Below, in pieces: positions 27,905 to 37,773 of a stretch of 64,000 nt of DNA. Source of the DNA: Planctomycetota bacterium (lineage in GTDB: Bacteria; Planctomycetota; UBA8108; SXIK01); assembly GCA_965223845.1 (NCBI GenBank), contig CBDCXR010000004.1, positions 5,472,001 to 5,536,000 on the forward strand, written 5' to 3'. Within the stretch, counting starts at the first letter, position 1. Every line of letters starts with the position of its first letter. Position numbers and translations under genes: made by a program. Below the pieces are notes generated by a model. The model ran no database searches, had not been told where the DNA came from, and saw only the letters and a program-made list of their open reading frames with translations.

Positions 27905-29323
27905 TCACCCCACCAGCTCGTTGATCACCTTCCCGCCGAACTGACTGAGCTGCTTGTATCTTCCCGCATGGAAGTACGTCAGCTTGTTGTCGTCGAGCCC
28001 GAGGAGGTGGAGCAGTGTGACATGGAAGTCGCGGATGGGGTGGACGACGTCGACCGCCTCCGCGCCGAGCTCGTCGGTCGCTCCGACGATCCCCTTCTTC
28101 ACGCCTCCGCCCGCGAGGAGCATCGTCATCGCGTCCGCGTTGTGGCCGCGGCCGAGAGCGTACACGCCGCCGCGGCGATTGTTGTCCGGCGTGCGGCCGA
28201 ACTCGCCGGTCCATACGACGAGGGTCTCGTCGAGCATTCCGCGCGCCTTCAGATCTTTGATGAGCGCCGCCATCGGCCGGTCGACGCTGCGAATCCGCGA
28301 GGAGTGACCGCGCTCGAGGAAGTCGTGGCTGTCCCAACCGCCGGAGAAGATCTGCACGAACCGAACTCCCTTCTCGACGAGACGTCGCGCGAGGAGGCAC
28401 TGACGCCCGAATGCGGCCGTCTCCGCGTTCTCGAGTCCGTACATCTCTTGCGTGTGCCGCGATTCTCCCGAGATGTCGAGAATGCCCGGGACCTCGAGCT
28501 GCATGCGAAACGCGAGCTCGTAGTCCTCCATGCGTCCAGCGAGCGCGTCGTGCTCGGGGTGCGCTTCGGCATGGCGCCGATTGAGGAACTGGAGCTCGTC
28601 GAGTGCACGCCGCTGATGCTCGCGGCTCTTGAACGCCTGCGGATGGAGATCGAGGATCGGTGATCCCTCCGGACGGAGGCGCGTTCCCTGGTACGGGACG
28701 GGAAGGAACCCGTTCGACCAGTTGCGCGAGCCGCCCTGCGGAAGGGCGAGCTCCGTCATGACGACGTAACCGGGAAGGTTTCGGTTGACCGAGCCGAGAC
28801 CGTACGTCACCCAAGAACCCACCGCCGGGTCGCTCCCGAGACGACTCCCCGTGTTCATGTGGAAGAGCGCTTCCGGATGGTTGAGCGACTCCGCCTGGCA
28901 TCCGCGGTAGTTGCAAAGCTCGTTTGCGATCTCGGGATCCGCCATGTGGACCCACTGGTCGCACATATCGAGACCGGCTTCGCCCACCTTGCGAAACTGA
29001 AACGGGCTCCCGACGTAGAACTTGAACCCCGTTTCGAGACCGCGCGTGCTCTTCGACTCCGTCTTGTGGCGCTTGTCGAGATCGGGCTTCGGATCGAAGG
29101 TGTCCGCCTGACTCGGGCCGCCCTCCATGAAGAGAAGGATGCAGGCCTTCGCTTTCGGAGCGAAGAGCGATGGCTTCGGCGTGAGCGGTCCGGTCTTCAC
29201 GGCCCCGTCGGCCGCGAGAAGATCGCTGAACGCGACGGACCCCAGCGACGCGCCGAGACCGTAGAGAAACTCTCGGCGAGAGCTCGGCGTCGAAACCGGT
29301 CGGTGGCAGAGGGGATGCTTCAT
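27905..29323 (-). CDS. DUF1501-family protein with Tat signal
   Basis: SRREFL; AKACILLFMEGGPSQADTFDPKP; GSWVTYGLGS; LLARRLVEKGVRFVQ; WDSH; GEFGRTP. Confidence 0.92.
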   Translation of the reverse strand: MKHPLCHRPVSTPSSRREFLYGLGASLGSVAFSDLLAADGAVKTGPLTPKPSLFAPKAKACILLFMEGGPSQADTFDPKPDLDKRHKTESKSTRGLETGFKFYVGSPFQFRKVGEAGLDMCDQWVHMADPEIANELCNYRGCQAESLNHPEALFHMNTGSRLGSDPAVGSWVTYGLGSVNRNLPGYVVMTELALPQGGSRNWSNGFLPVPYQGTRLRPEGSPILDLHPQAFKSREHQRRALDELQFLNRRHAEAHPEHDALAGRMEDYELAFRMQLEVPGILDISGESRHTQEMYGLENAETAAFGRQCLLARRLVEKGVRFVQIFSGGWDSHDFLERGHSSRIRSVDRPMAALIKDLKARGMLDETLVVWTGEFGRTPDNNRRGGVYALGRGHNADAMTMLLAGGGVKKGIVGATDELGAEAVDVVHPIRDFHVTLLHLLGLDDNKLTYFHAGRYKQLSQFGGKVINELVG

Positions 29324-29352
29324 GACGGACTCTTCTGGCTCGTCGGGCTCGC

Positions 29353-32283
29353 TCAGTAGACGTAGAGGAATTCGCTCGAGTTGAAAAGAAGAAGGCAAAG
29401 GTCGGCGAGCGCACGCGTGCCGGCGCTCGTTTGGGCAGGCTTCGGATCCGCGGCATACTTCTTGTATACCGGAAGAATCTCCTCGTACTCGAACACCTTG
29501 CCGGAAAACTCCTCGACGAGCGAGCGGGTGATGCTCGTCGGGAAGCGGACCGGCGGCGGCTCGGTGCGCTCGTGGTAGCCGCGCATTTCCTCGACGTACC
29601 GCGTCCCTCGTTCGCGCTCCTCCTCCGAAGGCTCCCGACCGTAAGCGAGAAGGAAGGCGCGCGCGATCCGGCTCGCGAGCGTGTCCGCCTCACGCTCAAG
29701 GCGAAGCGCGAATGCGATCGAGCGATCCGTCATCACGTCGCTATTGAGAAGGGTGAACGCCTGCGGCGTCACCGCCGCGGCATCGCGGTCCTCGCACGAG
29801 TCGTTCGGGTTCGGCTGGTTGAAGAGCTCGAGGAACGGATCGGCCATTCCTCGCACGCGGTAGGCGTAGATCGTCCGGCGATTCCGCTCGGCGGGCGTGG
29901 GCGATGGCTGATACGCCGGCGCGATCGAAAACTGAATCATGCGCGGCTGAAGGGCGACCTCGATGTTGATCTCCGGCATGACTGGAAGTCCGCCGAGCCG
30001 CGGGTTCAGCTCTCCCGTCACAGCTAGCAAGCTGTCGCGGAGCTCCTCGGCCGTAAGTCGACGAGCCGGACGGTACGCGAGCAAGCGATTCTCGGGGTCT
30101 TTCTCGCGCAGCGCGCCGAGCTGCGCGTGCCCCGTCGCCTGCCGATACGCGCGCGAAGTCATGATCAGCCGGTGGAGACGCTTCATCGTCCAGCCGTTCT
30201 CGACGAAGTCCGCCGCGAGCCAATCGAGGAGACCGGGGTGCGTCGGCTTCGCGCCCTTCGCGCCGAAGCTGTTCGGGTTCCGCGCGATCGGATGCACGAA
30301 GTGATGTTGCCAGATCCGATTGACGATCGAACGCGCGGTGAGCGGGTTCTTCGGGTCGACGATCCACTTCGCGAGCGCGAGACGCCGCCCTTCGAGTCCG
30401 TCCGGTACTCGATAGGGATCCTCTTCCGTCGCACCGCTCGCGGCAACGCCGGTCGCGCTCAAAACACCCGGCGAGACCGCCTCGCCCAGCGCCGATAGGG
30501 CGCCCCCGGAGTAGATGAAGCTCGCCGGTCGCCACGCGGGATCCGATTTCGGATTGATGCGAAGCTTCCGTGCGCCGTTCCACGCGAACTTTGCGTCCGA
30601 GCCGTTGTAGACGCTCTGCGCCATCGGCTGATAGCGCTCGAGCCGGCGATTCCAGATCCACTCGTCCTGCTCGCGAACCTTCAGCCGACCCTCGTCGACG
30701 TGATCGAGGCCGAAGTAGCGCGGTGGCTTCTCCTCGTCGGGTAGGTCCCTCCGCTCCTTCTCGGTCTTGTACTCGAGTCCGCGTTCACGGAACCAAGCAC
30801 GCGCGGCGGCCTCCTGCTTCTCCTTGATCGCGTTCTTCTTCGAAACGGCGAACGCCTTCATCGTCTCGACGAGCGCCTTTCCCGTTTCGAATCCCGCGTG
30901 ACTCTCCGCTTCAAGAAACGGCGCCGGACGTTCGGCCATCTGCGTGCCTGCGAAGGCTGCGTAGATGCGGTAGTAATCGCGCGTCGGGATCGGGTCGAAC
31001 TTGTGGTCGTGGCACTTCACGCAGCGAAGCGACATCGAGAGAAACGTCTGCCCCACCGAGTGAACGACATCGTCGAGATAGATCTGGCGCGCTTCGGGCG
31101 CCTTCACCATCGCGTTGTCCCACGGACCCATGCGAAGGAATCCCGTCGCGACGATCCACTCGCTCTCGGATTCGGTGTACTCGCCCGAGAGTCTCGTCTT
31201 GCGCACGACCCCGTCGTCCCCGCCCGTACGTTCACGCACCGACGCGTCGGCGAGCTCGTCGCCGGCGAGCTGCTCGGTCACGAACCGGTCGTAGGGCTTG
31301 TCGTCGTTGAACGAACGGATGACGTAATCCCGGTAGCGCCACGCATTCGATCGTTCGTAGTCGTTCGAGTAGCCGCCGGTGTCGGCGTAGCGCGCGACAT
31401 CCAGCCAGTGCTGCGCCCAACGCTCGCCGTAGTGCGGGCTCGCGAGCAATCGATCGATGAGATCCGTCCAAGCTTCGTCTGGGTTGCGCTTCCAATGCGC
31501 GAGAAACTGAACGATCTCGGCGGGCGAAGGCGGCAGGCCGGTGAGGTCGAACTTCGCGCGCCGAAGGAGAGTGACCGGATCGGCCTCCGGCGCCGCAGCG
31601 AAGCCGGCGGCATCGCGACGCGCGTCGATGAATGCGTCGACGGGATGTGGTTTCGTCTCCTCGCTCGAGCTCGCGGTCTCCGGCAAGACAGGCTTCCGAA
31701 TGGGCTGAAAGGCCCACAAATCCTCACGCTGATAACGCCGATAGGTCCACTCGTCCGCGAGACCGCCGCTCGTCGCGACGAGGATCCCGTCTTCGTTCTC
31801 GACGACGGAGCGCTCGCGCAAGCGGATGCGCTCCCGAACCTCCGGCGCGGGCCAGGCCGCGCCGCTCTTGATCCACGTCTCGATCGCGGCGATCTGCTCG
31901 ACCGTCAGTCGATCGTTCTCCTTGGGCGGCATTTCGAGTCCGTCCCAGCGCACGGCGCGGAGGAGAAGACTCTCCTCGGGCCGACCGGGAATGATTCCGG
32001 GCTCGCCCGATTCACCGCCGGCGAGGAGCGCGGCGCGCGAACGGAGGTCGAAGTCTCCCTTCAGCTTCGCGGCGTCGTCGCCGTGGCAGCCGAAACACTT
32101 CGCCTTGAAGATCGGAAGCACCTTGAGGGCGAAGAGTCGATCCCCCGCCGTCGACGGAGCGCCTCTCGGCGATGGTTCCTCCGCGCTAACGACAGACGCC
32201 GCTACGAAAACGCAGCAGAAAGCGAACGCGCCAACGAGATGCCGCGTGCGCGAGTGCAATACGCGAGACGAGTTCCACACCAT
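29353..32283 (-). CDS. Planctomycete cytochrome c / DUF1549 / DUF1553 (PSD1) protein
   Basis: CFGCH and CVKCHDHKFDP motifs; WAFQP; YGERWAQHWLDVARYADT; NPLTARSIVNRIWQHHF; PTHPGLLDWLA. Confidence 0.93.
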   Translation of the reverse strand: MVWNSSRVLHSRTRHLVGAFAFCCVFVAASVVSAEEPSPRGAPSTAGDRLFALKVLPIFKAKCFGCHGDDAAKLKGDFDLRSRAALLAGGESGEPGIIPGRPEESLLLRAVRWDGLEMPPKENDRLTVEQIAAIETWIKSGAAWPAPEVRERIRLRERSVVENEDGILVATSGGLADEWTYRRYQREDLWAFQPIRKPVLPETASSSEETKPHPVDAFIDARRDAAGFAAAPEADPVTLLRRAKFDLTGLPPSPAEIVQFLAHWKRNPDEAWTDLIDRLLASPHYGERWAQHWLDVARYADTGGYSNDYERSNAWRYRDYVIRSFNDDKPYDRFVTEQLAGDELADASVRERTGGDDGVVRKTRLSGEYTESESEWIVATGFLRMGPWDNAMVKAPEARQIYLDDVVHSVGQTFLSMSLRCVKCHDHKFDPIPTRDYYRIYAAFAGTQMAERPAPFLEAESHAGFETGKALVETMKAFAVSKKNAIKEKQEAAARAWFRERGLEYKTEKERRDLPDEEKPPRYFGLDHVDEGRLKVREQDEWIWNRRLERYQPMAQSVYNGSDAKFAWNGARKLRINPKSDPAWRPASFIYSGGALSALGEAVSPGVLSATGVAASGATEEDPYRVPDGLEGRRLALAKWIVDPKNPLTARSIVNRIWQHHFVHPIARNPNSFGAKGAKPTHPGLLDWLAADFVENGWTMKRLHRLIMTSRAYRQATGHAQLGALREKDPENRLLAYRPARRLTAEELRDSLLAVTGELNPRLGGLPVMPEINIEVALQPRMIQFSIAPAYQPSPTPAERNRRTIYAYRVRGMADPFLELFNQPNPNDSCEDRDAAAVTPQAFTLLNSDVMTDRSIAFALRLEREADTLASRIARAFLLAYGREPSEEERERGTRYVEEMRGYHERTEPPPVRFPTSITRSLVEEFSGKVFEYEEILPVYKKYAADPKPAQTSAGTRALADLCLLLFNSSEFLYVY

Positions 32284-32297
32284 GTTCGAAGAGTTCG

Positions 32298-32900
32298 TCA
32301 CTGGATATTCAACTTGAGCGCCGCTGCGACCGCTGCCGGCTGGCGGGCGCGAACCGCCGCGAAAATCTCCGCGTGCTCGCGGTGGACATCGCCGAAGTTC
32401 TCGAGACGTCCGTACGTCATGAGCATTCGGGAGCAAAGCCATTTCCAAATCGGAACGAAGTCCGCCCCGCCGCAACGAAGGAGGAGCGCTTCGTGAAAGG
32501 CGAGATCGGAGCTCGCGACTGCGCCGGAGTCCTCGCGCTCGCACGCTGCGCGGAGGTCGTCGAGGCGACTCTCGAGCTCGACGTGGTCGTCCGCGTCGAG
32601 TCCCTTCACGCCGCGGCGCGCCACGGCGCACTCGATCTGCTGACGAAGCGCGACGATCAGCGCGCGGTTCTCCGGCTTCGGGGGCTCGCTCACCGTAACA
32701 CCACGGTTCGGCTGATAGGCGAGGAGCCCTTCCTGGGCGAGACGGAGAAATGCGTCGCGGACCGGACCTCGGCTGACCCCAAATCGACCGGCGAAGTCGG
32801 CCTCGCGGAGAGCCTCACCCGGCGAAAACACTCCGGCGACGACCTCGTCGCGGATGCGCTCGGTGATCTGCTCGCGGATCGTGCGGAGGTTCGCGTCCAT
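32298..32900 (-). CDS. GntR-family (FCD) transcriptional regulator
   Basis: LREADFAGRFGVSRGPVRDAFLRLAQEGLL...PNRG; DLAFHEAL; EHAEIF. Confidence 0.92.
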   Translation of the reverse strand: MDANLRTIREQITERIRDEVVAGVFSPGEALREADFAGRFGVSRGPVRDAFLRLAQEGLLAYQPNRGVTVSEPPKPENRALIVALRQQIECAVARRGVKGLDADDHVELESRLDDLRAACEREDSGAVASSDLAFHEALLLRCGGADFVPIWKWLCSRMLMTYGRLENFGDVHREHAEIFAAVRARQPAAVAAALKLNIQ

Positions 32901-32960
32901 GTCCGGATCGTCGGCGGCGTGAGTCTCTCGAGCGCTCCCGGGCGACGGGGCTCTCGCTTC

Positions 32961-32980
32961 GTAGATTGTTAACAATCTAC
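32961..32980. promoter_or_regulatory. Perfect 20-bp palindrome, probable GntR operator
   Basis: GTAGATTGTT-AACAATCTAC, 60-80 nt upstream of the gntR start. Confidence 0.7.
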
Positions 32981-33027
32981 ACACGCTGGGGCCGGCGTCA
33001 ACGACAAAACCTTCGGACCGCTCCCCA

Positions 33028-33073
33028 AACGAAAGCGGGCCCGGGGCGGAGCCGTCGCTCCACCCCGGGCCCG
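33028..33073 (-). terminator. Intrinsic terminator downstream of the SdrD-B repeat gene
   Basis: Long GC stem cgggcccgggg(c)ggagc / gctcc(a)ccccgggcccg, followed on the minus strand by ctttcgttt. Confidence 0.7.
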
Positions 33074-33097
33074 ATACCCCGCCGCCGCGGGATCGCG

Positions 33098-36000
33098 CTA
33101 GAGATCGCAAACCTGGGGGCAGACGGGCGCGGGGACGCACTCGCGTCCGCGGACGTGCCCGCGGGTCCCCAGAAACTGGAATCCGATCTGGGCGCTGATG
33201 TCGGCGATGTTCACCGCGCCGTCGCCGTTGAAGTCGAAGATCTCGACGACGGCCGGATCCGCCGCGCGGCCCTCGCCGCAGGGGAGGCGCTCCGGTCGAC
33301 CAGTGAAGAGGAAGTTCGCGAGGCAGATCGGATCGGCGATGTTGAGCGCGCCGTCACGGTTGCAGTCACCGGGACGAATATTCCCTTTCCGCTCGTCGCG
33401 CTGATTCCCGAAGTCGATCCCGTCGACCGCTTGATCCGGCTCGACGATGACGAAATGTCCTCCGTTGCGCCCGGCGTCACCGATGCGCACGGGGATCTCG
33501 GCGAGGACCCCGCCGAAATCCGTGTCGACGAATTGAAGCGCAAAGACATGCTCCCCGCCATCGCCGTTGAACCGAATCGCGAACGTGGACATGTCACCGC
33601 CGCACCCATTGATCAGAATGCCGGTCAGATTCGCGACCATGCCCGCGGGCGCGTCCGGAGCGACGACGTCGATCTCGAACGGCCGAACGCAGAACGGTGT
33701 CACGGTGAGCGAGACCTTCATCTCGAACGACTCCCCCGCACCGAGACCGAGCGAGATCGCCGACGGCGCGACGGCGAAGGAATCGACACCTCCCGCTTCC
33801 CCCACGTCGATGAAGACGGGAGGGAACGTCTGCACGAAACCGTCCGGCACGACCTCGCGCACGCTGTGCGGTCCCGGCTCGAGGCTCTCGAGCCAGTAGC
33901 GTCCCGCTTCGTCCACGGCGGTGTCGGGATCGTCTCGCATCGACACGGCCCGCGGCTCACCCTCGTCTAAACGTCCATTGAAGTTGCGATCGGAATAGAT
34001 CGTCACGCCGGGAAGGCCCGGCTCGTTCCGCTCCCGCCTTCCGTTGCCGTTCGTGTCCTCCCATTTCGTTCCGTGGATGCTTCCGACCGGGTGCGGGCGG
34101 TTGCCGAAGTCGACGCCCTCGACCGTTTCGCCGCGTCCGAGGTCGACGATGTGAGCGCCTCCGAGGTCTCCAACGCCGATCCGGACCGGAATCTCGTCGA
34201 GAACGCCGCCGAACTCGGTATCGACGAACTGAAGCGCGAAGAGATGCGGTGCGCCATCGCCTTTGAAGCGAACGCTGAAGGTGGAAAGGTCACCGCCGCA
34301 TCCGTTCACGAGCACGCCGGTGAGATTCTCGAAGAGTCCGGCGGGAGCGCCGGGAGCGACGACGTCGAGAGTGTAAGGGCGAACGCACAAGGGGAGGACC
34401 TTGAGAGAGACCTCCATCTCGAGGACTTCGCCGTCGACGAGGCTGAGCGAGATGCTGCTCGGCGTGGTCTCGCTGAAACCCGCGCCGCCCGCCCGACCAT
34501 CGCCGCGGCTGGGCGACGGAAACGTCTGTACGAAGCCGTCCGGCACGACCTCGCGCACGATCCGCCGACCCGGCTCGATGTTTTCGAGCCAGTAGTGTCC
34601 GGCCTCGTCGAAGTCGGTTTCGGGCACGTCCTCCATCGTGACGGCATTCGGCTCGCCGCGATTGAGCTGCCCGTTACCGTTGAGATCGACGTAGATCAGG
34701 ACGCCGGGGAGACCGGGCTCGTCGTGATCGCGCTGGCCGTTTCCGTTTTCGTCGAGCCATTTGACTCCGTGGATGCTCGAGACCGGTCGCCGCCGATTCC
34801 CGAAATCGACCCCGTCGACAATCTCCCCGACTCCAAGCTCGATCGCGTACGCGCCGCTCGGCGCGGCGTCGCCGATGACGACCGGGATCGTCGCGAGCAC
34901 GCCGCCGAACTCCGCATCGACGAACTGAAGATCGAAGGAATGGGAGTTCCCGTCGCCGTTGAAGCGAATCGAGAACTCCGACTCGTCGCCGCCGCACCCG
35001 TTGACGAGCACGCCGGTGAGATTCTCGACCATGCCGGTCGGCGCGGCGGGAGCGACGACGTCGACATCGTAGGCTCGAAAGCAAAACGGTTGAACCGTGA
35101 GAGACACCTCCCGGACCGCGGATTCGTCGTCAGCGAGATCGAGGACGATCGACTCGGGCGTGACGTCGAAAAAGCCATTCTCGGCCGGGGGCGCAGGATC
35201 GAGGACCGGTCCCGTCGGATAGGTCTGAATGAAACCCTCCGGGACAACTTCGCGCACGACGTGGCGTCCCGGCTCGAGACCTTCAAGCCAGTAGTGACCG
35301 GACTCGTCGAAGGCCGTATTCGGATCGTCTTCCATCGACGCGGTGTGAGGTTCGCCCTCGTCGAGGACACCATTGGAATTGAGATCGGAATAGATCACCA
35401 CACCGGGAAGTCCCGGTTCGTCCGCATCGCGCTCCGCGTTGCCGTTCTCGTCGAGCCACTTCGTCCCGTGGACGCTCGACCCGCCCTCGCGACGGTTCCC
35501 AAAGTCGATTCCTTCGATCGCTTGACCCGGTTCGACGATGACGGGATGCGAGCCGCCCAACTCGCCCGCCGGCGCCGGAAACGTCTGAACGAAGCCGTCC
35601 GGCACCACTTCGCGAACGACGTGACGCCCCGGCTCGATGCCTTCGAGCCAGTACATCCCCGATTCGTCGAAGGCCGTATTCGGATCGTCTGCCATCGTAC
35701 GTGTTCGCGGTTCGTCGTCATCGAGCGCGCCGTTGAAGTTGAGGTCCGAGTAGATCAACACGCCCGCGAGGCCCGGCTCATCCCGTTCCCGCTCCCCGTT
35801 GCCGTTCTCATCGAGCCACTTCGTCCCGTGGATGCTCGACCCGCCCTCGCGACGGTTCCCAAAGTCGACTCCTTCGAGCACCTGGCCCGCTTCAATCACG
35901 AGGATATGCGAGCCGCCCTGCTCGCCGGCGGGCAGCGGAAATGTCTGAACGAAGCCGTCCGGCACCACTTCGCGAACGACGTGACGCCCCGGCTCGATGC

Positions 36001-37387
36001 CCTCGAGCCAGTAGAGCCCGGACTCGTCGAAGGCCGTGTCCGGGTCGTCCTCCATGGTGCGCGTACGCGGCTCGTTGTCGTCGAACTCTCCGTTGTCGTT
36101 CAGGTCGACATAGATGATGACCCCGGGAAGACCTGGCTCGTCGGGGTCCCGCTCTGCGTTGCCGTTCTCATCGAGCCACTTCGTCCCGTGGACGCTCGAC
36201 CCGCCCTCGCGACGGTTCCCAAAGTCGATTCCTTCGATCGCTTGACCCGGTTCGACGATGACGGGATGCGAGCCGCCCAACTCGCCCGCCGGCGCCGGAA
36301 ACGTCTGAACGAAGCCGTCCGGCACCACTTCGCGAACGACGTGACGCCCCGGCTCGATGCCTTCGAGCCAGTACATCCCCGATTCGTCGAAGGCCGTATT
36401 CGGATCGTCTGCCATCGTACGTGTTCGCGGTTCGTCGTCATCGAGCGCGCCGTTGAAGTTGAGGTCCGAGTAGATCAACACGCCCGCGAGGCCCGGCTCA
36501 TCCCGTTCCCGCTCCCCGTTGCCGTTCTCATCGAGCCACTTCGTCCCGTGGATGCTCGACCCGCCCTCGCGACGGTTCCCAAAGTCGACTCCTTCGAGCA
36601 CCTGGCCCGCTTCAATCACGAGGATATGCGAGCCGCCCTGCTCGCCGGCGGGCAGCGGAAATGTCTGAACGAAGCCGTCCGGCACCACTTCGCGAACGAC
36701 GTGACGCCCCGGCTCGATGCCCTCGAGCCAGTAGAGCCCGGACTCGTCGAAGGCCGTGTCCGGGTCGTCCTCCATGGTGCGCGTACGCGGCTCGTTGTCG
36801 TCGAACTCTCCGTTGTCGTTCAGGTCGACATAGATGATGACCCCGGGAAGACCTGGCTCGTCGGGGTCCCGCTCTGCGTTGCCGTTCTCATCGAGCCACT
36901 TCGTCCCGTGGATGCTGCCCGGGTCGTTCTTTCGAACGCCGAAGTCGACGCCGTCGAGCGTCGCTCCAGCTTCCACCGGAACGAGGTGCGCGCCCGGACC
37001 TTGGGCGCCGTCTTCCGGAAACGTCTGCTCGAATCCGTCGGGCACGACTTCGCGAATGATGTGGCGTCCGGGCTCGAGAGCCAGCCGGTACCGACCGGTC
37101 TCGTCGCCCCTCGTCGCAGGGTCGTCTTCGAGCGACTCCGACATCGGCTCACCGCGATCGAAGACGCCGTTATTGTTGAGATCCGAATAGATCAACACGC
37201 CCGCGAGCCCCGGTTCGTCGGGATCGCGCTGGCGATCGGAGTTCCGATCGACCCACACCGTCCCCGTAAGATTCCCCTCGGCGATCCCTCCGAGGACGAG
37301 GTCCTCCGCGGTCGCGCGCCGAGGGACTCCCAAACTGGAAAGCGCGAGTAGCGCGCCAACAGACAGAACTCGCGTCGCTCGGTTCAT
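33098..37387 (-). CDS. Secreted protein with eight SdrD-B/CnaB-like repeats (last three carry an inserted domain) and a C-terminal dockerin-like domain
   Basis: Signal peptide MNRATRVLSVGALLALSSLGVPRRATA; 8x GxxWxDxNxx..EPGLxGVxIYxDxNxNG..VREVVPxGFxQT..DFG; RPGDCNRDG...DFNGDGAVNIAD. Confidence 0.88.
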   Translation of the reverse strand: MNRATRVLSVGALLALSSLGVPRRATAEDLVLGGIAEGNLTGTVWVDRNSDRQRDPDEPGLAGVLIYSDLNNNGVFDRGEPMSESLEDDPATRGDETGRYRLALEPGRHIIREVVPDGFEQTFPEDGAQGPGAHLVPVEAGATLDGVDFGVRKNDPGSIHGTKWLDENGNAERDPDEPGLPGVIIYVDLNDNGEFDDNEPRTRTMEDDPDTAFDESGLYWLEGIEPGRHVVREVVPDGFVQTFPLPAGEQGGSHILVIEAGQVLEGVDFGNRREGGSSIHGTKWLDENGNGERERDEPGLAGVLIYSDLNFNGALDDDEPRTRTMADDPNTAFDESGMYWLEGIEPGRHVVREVVPDGFVQTFPAPAGELGGSHPVIVEPGQAIEGIDFGNRREGGSSVHGTKWLDENGNAERDPDEPGLPGVIIYVDLNDNGEFDDNEPRTRTMEDDPDTAFDESGLYWLEGIEPGRHVVREVVPDGFVQTFPLPAGEQGGSHILVIEAGQVLEGVDFGNRREGGSSIHGTKWLDENGNGERERDEPGLAGVLIYSDLNFNGALDDDEPRTRTMADDPNTAFDESGMYWLEGIEPGRHVVREVVPDGFVQTFPAPAGELGGSHPVIVEPGQAIEGIDFGNRREGGSSVHGTKWLDENGNAERDADEPGLPGVVIYSDLNSNGVLDEGEPHTASMEDDPNTAFDESGHYWLEGLEPGRHVVREVVPEGFIQTYPTGPVLDPAPPAENGFFDVTPESIVLDLADDESAVREVSLTVQPFCFRAYDVDVVAPAAPTGMVENLTGVLVNGCGGDESEFSIRFNGDGNSHSFDLQFVDAEFGGVLATIPVVIGDAAPSGAYAIELGVGEIVDGVDFGNRRRPVSSIHGVKWLDENGNGQRDHDEPGLPGVLIYVDLNGNGQLNRGEPNAVTMEDVPETDFDEAGHYWLENIEPGRRIVREVVPDGFVQTFPSPSRGDGRAGGAGFSETTPSSISLSLVDGEVLEMEVSLKVLPLCVRPYTLDVVAPGAPAGLFENLTGVLVNGCGGDLSTFSVRFKGDGAPHLFALQFVDTEFGGVLDEIPVRIGVGDLGGAHIVDLGRGETVEGVDFGNRPHPVGSIHGTKWEDTNGNGRRERNEPGLPGVTIYSDRNFNGRLDEGEPRAVSMRDDPDTAVDEAGRYWLESLEPGPHSVREVVPDGFVQTFPPVFIDVGEAGGVDSFAVAPSAISLGLGAGESFEMKVSLTVTPFCVRPFEIDVVAPDAPAGMVANLTGILINGCGGDMSTFAIRFNGDGGEHVFALQFVDTDFGGVLAEIPVRIGDAGRNGGHFVIVEPDQAVDGIDFGNQRDERKGNIRPGDCNRDGALNIADPICLANFLFTGRPERLPCGEGRAADPAVVEIFDFNGDGAVNIADISAQIGFQFLGTRGHVRGRECVPAPVCPQVCDL
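35451..36912. repeat. Exact 720-bp tandem duplication (two 360-bp domain units per copy)
   Basis: 35451-36192 reads identically to 36171-36912 line by line. Confidence 0.95.
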
Positions 37388-37773
37388 GGTGCACCTCTGA
37401 TCGTTCTGAGCCGCCGAGTGACCGGAGCTGCCGAACCCGAACATTTCGCGTCGGCACCGCTACCTCGTTCTCGGGGCGAGTCTGGGAGAATCAACCCGCG
37501 TCCGGAAAGTGACGCGAAATCGAGCGGAAAACCGGCAGATTCCGGGGGCGAGACGACTTTCCGATTCCGCGGATCGATGGTCTCCGAATTCAAGCTTACC
37601 CAAGCACCGGGGGAGATCCGCGCGCTCCTGGGTCACAAATTCTCGAATTTGTCTCTACCGGCCAAGCGGCGTCCGGATTTCGTCCGCCAGCGGAGAGGAC
37701 GAGCGGGCGACGAGAACGTCCTCCGCCGTTCGCTCCGCGCCCCAGCTCGAGTTCGAGCGCTCCGGCTCTGAGC

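Noticed and set aside
35451-36912. Regular repeats as a possible CRISPR array or mobile element
   Set aside because: Units are 360/720 bp, in frame and protein coding; no spacers, cas genes or transposase.
37390-37600. Possible c-di-GMP riboswitch upstream of the SdrD-B gene (GGTAGCGG word on the minus strand)
   Set aside because: The GCAAA/GAAA/GACGCAAA core is not recognisable; an Rfam scan would be needed.
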